Shown in pieces: positions 41,087 through 47,525 of a stretch of 47,525 nt of DNA (its first letter is position 1; every line of letters starts with the position of its first letter). Position numbers and translations under genes: made by a program. A model generated the notes under the pieces. The model was given only the letters and a program-made list of their open reading frames with translations, did no database searches and was not told where the DNA came from. This stretch comes from Trichomonas gallinae (Eukaryota): positions 1-47,525 of the forward strand of contig MRSU01003735.1 of the NCBI GenBank assembly GCA_008369845.1, read 5' to 3'.

Positions 41087-43612
41087 TCATAACGATTTTG
41101 TCATAGGTGTTCCATCAGCTGAAATCCTCCTCTGTGCTGTATACGTTGTGAACTTGTTTTCAAGTTGGCCGCATAAGTTCTCTATTGACTCTGTTGATGT
41201 ATCTGGGAGTCCACATAATCTAACGAGTAATATTCTTGCTTGTTCTAACTCCTTGCTAATCTCTGCGATTTGCTTATCTGCTTGAGATTTGACACTCTGC
41301 ATGTAGGCTTTTTCTTTTGCAGCTAAAACCTTTTTCTCGTCATCAGCTGTCTTCTGGACCAAATTGACCTTCATCATCGCTGCCTTTTCTATCATCTTAG
41401 ACTTAGCAGCTTCGTTTCTTGCTATCTCGAGGAGTTTTGTCAGCTGCTCATTCTCATCCTTGAGTGCGCCGTTTTCTTTGATTGCGTTGGAGGATTCCTC
41501 TTTCGCGTGCTCAATGATCGCGTTGACTCTCGCGTTCATCGCTGACTCCGTGTCAACTTTTTCTTGCGTCATCTCGTCAATGATTTTCTGTGATGCAAGT
41601 ACTCTCTCCTTGAGCTTTTCTCTGCTATTTCTAAGCTTTGTTTCGACTTCAGACATTGCTTTAAGCTGCTCCTTGATTGCGATGTTCTCTTGTTGAAGGT
41701 TGAGGCACTTGTCGGCAAGGCAGTCGTTTTCTTTGATGAGTGAATTGGTTCTGTTTTGAATTGCGTCTAGCATCGAGCATGTCTCCTTCTGTGACTTCAT
41801 CGCGTCTTTGAGCTTCGATGACTTATCTTGCAGTTTCTTGCTTATATCGACGAGAGCGTTCTTGGCAATTTGCAACTCAGAGCCGAGGAATTTCAGCTGA
41901 TTTTGCTGTGTTTTCTTCTCTGCGTTAAGCTTTTCGACGTCTTCTGCGTGTTGTTTGACTTCAGCGTCTAGTGTTTCCTTGCATGTGTTGAGTGTATCTG
42001 TCAAGTCTTGGATTGCCTTCGATGTTGTTTCCTTGTAATCGTTCATTGAAGTTATCAAATCCTCGTTTTGCTTCTTTAGTGCTGCAAAAGCTGTTTCTGT
42101 GACCTCGGTTTTCATCTTGATGTCATCGAGCACGTGCTCGATGCATACGTCTGGCTTTCCTGTGAGTTGCTTGATCGCTGTTTCAAGATTCTCGATTGTT
42201 TGCTGGAGGCTCAATTTTTCTTGTGTGAGGTTGAAGTTGTCGTCGTTGAGCTTCCTGAAGTTCTCAACTGGCACCGATTTGTTAAGGGCATCATCGAGCT
42301 GAGACTTAAGCTTCTCGTTGTACTTGAGAAGCATGCTGTTCAAGTTTGCAATGCCGCAGAAAACGACAAAAAGTTCCTGGATTGGACGAGTTTTAAGATC
42401 TTCCGGTGTCGTAAACTTCAAAAATTCTTCCATTTGCTTCGTTGGGGAGTCTAGTGCGCGTGCATCGAAGATAGAGTACTCGCGTGGGATCTCTTCGATG
42501 CCAATTTCAAGAAGATTCTCCTCAATAAAATTGGAAATTTTTGTGCATTGAGATAAGACAATAGTTCTGATATCAGCACCGGCCTGCTCGACATCATCTG
42601 AACAGAATCCTCTGATAAATGCAACTGCATCATCAAGATGAGCGATTAATGCCTTGTATCTCTCTAATGGAACCATGTTTGTTGTATCAAGCGGTCTAGC
42701 TTGTAATTCTTCATTCAACTTGTCAACCTTCTTTGAAAGTTCGCTGATTTGATCCTCAAATGACTTAATAACATTTATCATGAAATCGTTATCAGTTTTG
42801 ATTCCTTGTTCTTTGATGTAATCAGGAAGAGAATCATGTGCTTTAGCGATTGAATCCTCGTGTTCTTCTTGAATCTGTTTAATTGTGGCAGTTAACTTTT
42901 CATTTTCTTCTTTAAGTGTTTGACTTTCTTTCTGTGCCTTGACCAAGAGTTTCTCGAATCCCATGTACAAATTATCATATTTGTGAAGTTGATTAACCAA
43001 TGCAATTCTGTGATCAGATAATTCTTTGATTGTAGACTGATTTGCTTGGTTTAATTCTTCAAAAATCTTCAATGCTGTTGTATTATCATCGTGTTTCTCA
43101 GCAGGAGGAGCTTTAATACTTTCTTGTTGCTTATTTAATTCTTCAATTTTGTGTTCATGTTGCGTAATTGTCAGCTTAGCCTCCTCCAACTGCTTTTGAA
43201 GTTGCTTGATTGTAAGGTTTTTATTATTTATCTCATCTTGTGCTTTGAGGAATTTGCTTTTATAATATTTAATCTTGTCAAGAGCTTCTTCAGCAACTTT
43301 TCGGCTTTCTTCTTCTTGAACAGCAGCTATTTCTGATTTGTTATAGAATGTATTAAGTTTATCATTTAATGATAAGATCGTTTCTCCGGCTTCTTCAAGT
43401 TTCTCTTGTGTTTTGGCGTATTTCTTGATTACTTTATTTAGTAGTGACATATAATCGTCGAAATTTGAAACCTTTTGTCCAAATGCATTAGACAAATGGC
43501 CATAAATTTGTCTTAATTCAGATGCTGCACTACTTCCCTCCGTAGAATAATATGCAGCACTCGTATATGAATATGAGCAGTCAGTCATGCTCTTAGAGTT
43601 CGAATCATTCAT
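41087..43612 (-). CDS. Long coiled-coil protein
   Basis: 841 aa, E/K/L/Q-rich heptads throughout. Confidence 0.9.
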   Translation of the reverse strand: MNDSNSKSMTDCSYSYTSAAYYSTEGSSAASELRQIYGHLSNAFGQKVSNFDDYMSLLNKVIKKYAKTQEKLEEAGETILSLNDKLNTFYNKSEIAAVQEEESRKVAEEALDKIKYYKSKFLKAQDEINNKNLTIKQLQKQLEEAKLTITQHEHKIEELNKQQESIKAPPAEKHDDNTTALKIFEELNQANQSTIKELSDHRIALVNQLHKYDNLYMGFEKLLVKAQKESQTLKEENEKLTATIKQIQEEHEDSIAKAHDSLPDYIKEQGIKTDNDFMINVIKSFEDQISELSKKVDKLNEELQARPLDTTNMVPLERYKALIAHLDDAVAFIRGFCSDDVEQAGADIRTIVLSQCTKISNFIEENLLEIGIEEIPREYSIFDARALDSPTKQMEEFLKFTTPEDLKTRPIQELFVVFCGIANLNSMLLKYNEKLKSQLDDALNKSVPVENFRKLNDDNFNLTQEKLSLQQTIENLETAIKQLTGKPDVCIEHVLDDIKMKTEVTETAFAALKKQNEDLITSMNDYKETTSKAIQDLTDTLNTCKETLDAEVKQHAEDVEKLNAEKKTQQNQLKFLGSELQIAKNALVDISKKLQDKSSKLKDAMKSQKETCSMLDAIQNRTNSLIKENDCLADKCLNLQQENIAIKEQLKAMSEVETKLRNSREKLKERVLASQKIIDEMTQEKVDTESAMNARVNAIIEHAKEESSNAIKENGALKDENEQLTKLLEIARNEAAKSKMIEKAAMMKVNLVQKTADDEKKVLAAKEKAYMQSVKSQADKQIAEISKELEQARILLVRLCGLPDTSTESIENLCGQLENKFTTYTAQRRISADGTPMTKSL

Positions 43613-44270
43613 TTTTAAGTTTACAATTTTAAACGTTCACTGCCTAAAATTTTTATCTTTTCAAAATGATCTTTAATTAGAATTTTAATAGTTTTATTTT
43701 TTGTTAATATATTTGTGGCCAAAAACATCTAGAAAAGGCTTTTTTAGAAAACCATATTTCGTTTAATTTTGACAATATGACACGTAAATTATACAAAATT
43801 CTGCTAAATATGACAATCCGTCATGTAAAGATAATTACCTATCTTCTTCTCTATATATACAAAAATATCATACAAAACTTGGAAAATTACTCATATTTTG
43901 ACATTGATTACATTGGTAAAAGAATTAATATACATTAATCGAGGAATTTTCGAGAAAAAGTAATTATTAATTTTGAACTTTAAATCGACTTTATCTCGCT
44001 ATGTAATGACTTTTACTACTTCATTGAAACGTAACATAAGCATATATTTTCGTTCTCTATCTAATCATTGTATTTTTTCTGTATTTGCTTCGTTTTGTTC
44101 ATATCATATCATTCTAACTAATTTTAGATTTTTCGTATATCTGTGCGTAAAACTTAGCATCTACTTGAGCAACTAAATATAGCCATAAGGTCAGAACATG
44201 GTGTTGTCGGTGAAGTCCATTTTGCAATCTTCGCTAACTCAAAAATCAAAAGTTAAGGTTAATATTTAAA

Positions 44271-45689
44271 ATGTCTGAAGAAGCTTCTCTTTCAGACATA
44301 TTCTTTTCTTATTTAGCGAAATATGACAGACACATCCAACTCTCTAAAGCTCTAATGAATATGAAGCCAGAAGATGAAGAAAAAGTTCTAAATGAAATAA
44401 TTTACTTAGTTGAAAACGAAAAGTATGATGTTACTGCATTCTATAAGCTAATTTCGATTGCATGCGAGCGCAATCTTCGATCTATTAAGGAATATTGGAG
44501 TCTTTTCAATCAAATTTATTCAAAATATCAAATTCGACCAAATATTTACGAGCTTAACCCAACAATCGGTGTGATTTACGCAAAAGTTTATAATATGAAA
44601 CATTCTAGGTACGATTTACCAAAAAACTTCGAGAAAAATCAAAATCAAACTTTAGAAGAAATTTTTAACGTATACGAACCAGACTCGATAATGCATTGCA
44701 TATTACACGATGACATTAACCAATTCATTAATAATATACAAGCGAACACGAATAATTTCGATTTCAACATGAAAATTTTTGACAAAAATATCATCGAGTG
44801 GACATGTTTCTACGGATCTTTGCAGTGCTTCAAGTTTTTACAGAGCAATAGTGCTAAAATAACAGAGCGGTGCATGAACTTGAGTATTTCAGGCAAAAAC
44901 AAGAATATTATCCACGAATGTTTAAATCAGAACATAATTGATAACGAAACGATGAAAGAATGTATCAAAAATCATGATTTTGAATTCGCAATGTTCATTA
45001 ATAATCAGTTTGAAATTTCTATTCCTATTGATTTAGTTGTTGATTATCTTGATTTGGAGCTTTTCCTTTATATTTTGTCGAAATTGATCAATTTTGATCA
45101 CTGCTTGATAAAAAGCGTTAGTTTAGGAATCCCTTCACTCATTGATGACATTATTCAGCTTGGTGGTGATGTTAATTTTCGTGCACAGTATTATTATGGA
45201 TATACATCATTGTTTTATGCTGCTTTATACAATAGAATTGAAATCGCAAAGAAATTGATTGAATTGGGAGCGAATCTTGATGTTACTGATGAAGATGGAA
45301 ACACAGCATTAATTATTGCTGGTTTATCGAATGGTGTTGAAGTTGCAGCTAAATTGGTTGAAGCTGGGTCGAATATAGAAGCTAAAAATAGAAGAGGATG
45401 GACATCATTAATTACTGCTGCTGTTAATGACAATGCAGAAGTTGCCGCGAAATTAGTTGAATTAGGTGCAGATATTGAATGTAAAGATAGAGAAGGACAA
45501 ACTCCACTTATTCATGCAGCAGTGATTAATAGCATTGATGTTGTTACTAAGTTAATAGAACTGGGAGCTGATATTGAAGCAACAGATAATTATGGGAAAA
45601 CAGCCTTAGATTTTGCTGTAGAATATAAAAGTTTTGAAGTTGAATCAAAATTGAATGAAATCATTGCCAACAAAAAGAAAAATGACTAA
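44271..45689 (+). CDS. DUF3447/ankyrin-repeat protein, uninterrupted
   Basis: ILHDDI...WTCFYGSLQCFKFL...ISGKNKNIIH, then five contiguous 33-aa ankyrins (GYTSL, GNTAL, GWTSL, GQTPL, GKTAL). Confidence 0.93.
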   Translation: MSEEASLSDIFFSYLAKYDRHIQLSKALMNMKPEDEEKVLNEIIYLVENEKYDVTAFYKLISIACERNLRSIKEYWSLFNQIYSKYQIRPNIYELNPTIGVIYAKVYNMKHSRYDLPKNFEKNQNQTLEEIFNVYEPDSIMHCILHDDINQFINNIQANTNNFDFNMKIFDKNIIEWTCFYGSLQCFKFLQSNSAKITERCMNLSISGKNKNIIHECLNQNIIDNETMKECIKNHDFEFAMFINNQFEISIPIDLVVDYLDLELFLYILSKLINFDHCLIKSVSLGIPSLIDDIIQLGGDVNFRAQYYYGYTSLFYAALYNRIEIAKKLIELGANLDVTDEDGNTALIIAGLSNGVEVAAKLVEAGSNIEAKNRRGWTSLITAAVNDNAEVAAKLVELGADIECKDREGQTPLIHAAVINSIDVVTKLIELGADIEATDNYGKTALDFAVEYKSFEVESKLNEIIANKKKND

Positions 45690-45896
45690 AATAGCTTTAT
45701 TCAACACATCTTTACAACTGAGCTGTTTAGCAAAAAAATAAAAAAAATAGATAAAGTCGTATGAAAAAAATTCCAATAATAACAATTCCAAATGTTCATC
45801 TATGTCATGAGAATCATTTTGATAATTTTGCCATGATTTTACATGCATTTATTTGGAAAAAAAAATCGAAAAAATTTGTCATCTAATTTTTCAACG

Positions 45897-46187
45897 ATGC
45901 ATGATAGATTCGCTAGACCTCCAACATATATCACAGGTTGCTCCAAGGTTACTAATGTTCAGCCCCAGAAGAAGAATTTCGATAATGCCACAAAGAAGTT
46001 CGCAATGATTGAGAATGATTCTGATCTTTTTGGTGATAACCGTCCAACGGCTGGAATTGATTTTGCAAGCAAGATGAGAACACTTCGTAACAACAAGGAT
46101 TGGACTCAGAAGGACCTCGCATTACGTGCTGGTGTCAAGGTTGATGTTGTTCGTCTCCAAATTGACATAATAATAATTCATATTTAA
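45897..46187 (+). pseudogene. MBF1: Multiprotein bridging factor 1 (MBF1)-like, 3'-truncated
   Basis: MRTLRNNKDWTQKDLALRAGVKVDVV is the start of the MBF1 HTH; the expected xxYExGxAxP continuation is replaced by AT-rich sequence after ~46150. Confidence 0.6.
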
Positions 46188-46397
46188 ATCATAATAATTG
46201 AGTTATATTTTTATCATATGATTGTATATATTGAAAAATCATATAGAAAATGAATAAACAATATGAGTCTTCTGTAATAGATTCGGGAAATATCAATCAA
46301 ATTAAAACTTTTATAAACGCTAAAATGCTCGAGAATATGATTGATAAGAAATTTGACATGTAAAATTATATCGTCAAATATTGTCACTTTTTAGTCG

Positions 46398-46619
46398 ATG
46401 CTGTTCTTTCTTCTTTCATTTTTACTTGCAGTAGAGAATACAACAGACACCAACACAACCGACATTGGAACATGCCCGTCAAATAAATGCGATGTATTGA
46501 TGATCATTTTCGGCTGCATCGGAATTATTTTATTGGGAACATTTATTTTCTTCGTCGTCCGCTATAACATGAAGTCTAAGGAAGAACAAAGACAAATCTC
46601 AGCTACACTTGTTGATTAG
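46398..46619 (+). CDS. Small single-pass membrane protein
   Basis: MLFFLLSFLLA signal peptide, two NTT sequons, TM helix and short tail; TCACT initiator at 46384. Confidence 0.8.
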   Translation: MLFFLLSFLLAVENTTDTNTTDIGTCPSNKCDVLMIIFGCIGIILLGTFIFFVVRYNMKSKEEQRQISATLVD

Positions 46620-47049
46620 TTTTACTAATTTCCTTTAACTTATTTTTTTATATTTGTTATTAAACGCATACGTTCCAAAATTCACTTTTATTACTATATA
46701 CATACATCATATTTACATATTAGATACAAGTTCTTCTATTATAGCAAAGTAAATATTTCAACTTTATCATAAATTTTGCTATCAATCATTCGTATTGTAA
46801 TGAAACTAATATCTTAGACTCATATGTTATAAAACACACTATAACAAATCAATTTATATCTTTTTTATGAAGTCAATTTCAATATAATAAATTTTGGCTA
46901 ATACGCAGTTGCAATGCATACTATATGAAATAGAAATTGCAAATACTTCTCACAAAAAACATCATTATATATTATTATTTGTTATCATATTTAATTCTTT
47001 TGCTGGAAGCCAAAAACCAAGAGATGCATAACGTGTATAATTCTAATTA

Positions 47050-47362
47050 CATCTTAGCAATAAATATATTCAAATTAAAATCAAATTGAATATATGTGTT
47101 TTAAACCAAAAATTAAGAAATATAAAACATGTGATATTCTAGTTGCATCTTGTTAAATAATATATTCAAATTAAAAGTATCACTATCTAATATAATTTAT
47201 CATCAAATTGAATATTTATATCATAGATCAAAAATTAAGAAATTTAAATCATATGATTTTCTAATCACGGCATGTTAAATAATATCTTCAAATTAAAAGC
47301 ATCATTATCATATATAAATTTTTTATCAAATTTAATAAAATTGTTTTAAGTCAAAAATTAAA
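47050..47362. repeat. Degenerate tandem repeat, 3 copies of ~96-122 bp
   Basis: TTCAAATTAAAA...ATCAAATT.AATA...CAAAAATTAA recurs near 47069, 47165 and 47287. Confidence 0.75.
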
Positions 47363-47450
47363 CGGCAATTATAGATATTTTCACTAAAAAGGCCCAAAAA
47401 TGTGGTAAAAAGGCAGACAAGTAACTAACGTGATTAACCTTAAATATTTT

Positions 47451-47525
47451 TTAAGGGGGTAGGTTTGAATAGTTTACATTTTTATACTTGTTTGCTTCCT
47501 AACGCCTCATAGTCGAGCATTAGCT
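47451..47525. mobile_element. Left terminus of a TTAA-targeting DNA transposon (Kolobok-like); TTAA 47451-47454, TIR 47455-47478
   Basis: TTAA|GGGGGTAGGTTTGAATAGTTTACA, an inverted match to 49-72. Confidence 0.6.

Noticed and set aside
41364..43336. Plus-strand ORFs within the coiled-coil gene
   Set aside because: They are antisense shadows of 41087-43612.
49..47478. Whole window as one giant transposon bounded by the inverted repeats
   Set aside because: TTAA lies on the inner side of each repeat, the content is housekeeping genes, and no transposase, integrase or polB is present.

Overview
AT-rich, gene-dense, essentially intron-less eukaryotic DNA that reads as a trichomonad (Trichomonas-like parabasalid) segment. 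The assignment rests on short 5' UTRs with TCAY(T/A) initiators, DUF3447/ankyrin genes, a Tom36/46-like tail-anchored protein and a bacterial-type glycerate kinase. About 27 genes are present, including PRP40-like, two importin-beta-like, triple-CAP, glycerate kinase, AAGAB-like, Erv46/ERGIC-like, polo-like kinase, degenerate GT8, CLN3/battenin and three ankyrin genes, plus a truncated MBF1 and a frameshifted pseudogene. Both window ends carry a 24-bp terminal inverted repeat abutting TTAA, resembling Kolobok transposon ends that point outward. The main result is the minus-strand ankyrin gene at 19306-21679. Six clean ankyrin modules are each separated, at the same loop position, by AT-rich inserts built from a ~37-nt repeat. 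The inserts lack trichomonad intron signals and all end in a stop codon in frame with the next module. About three copies of the same 37-nt unit lie in inverted orientation just 3' of the final stop and could base-pair with the inserts. This is a candidate non-canonical splicing or recoding system, not yet shown to be functional. A recurrent promoter motif, TTTACRYGWCA, also occurs in arrays. All product calls come from motif recognition by eye; no searches were run.
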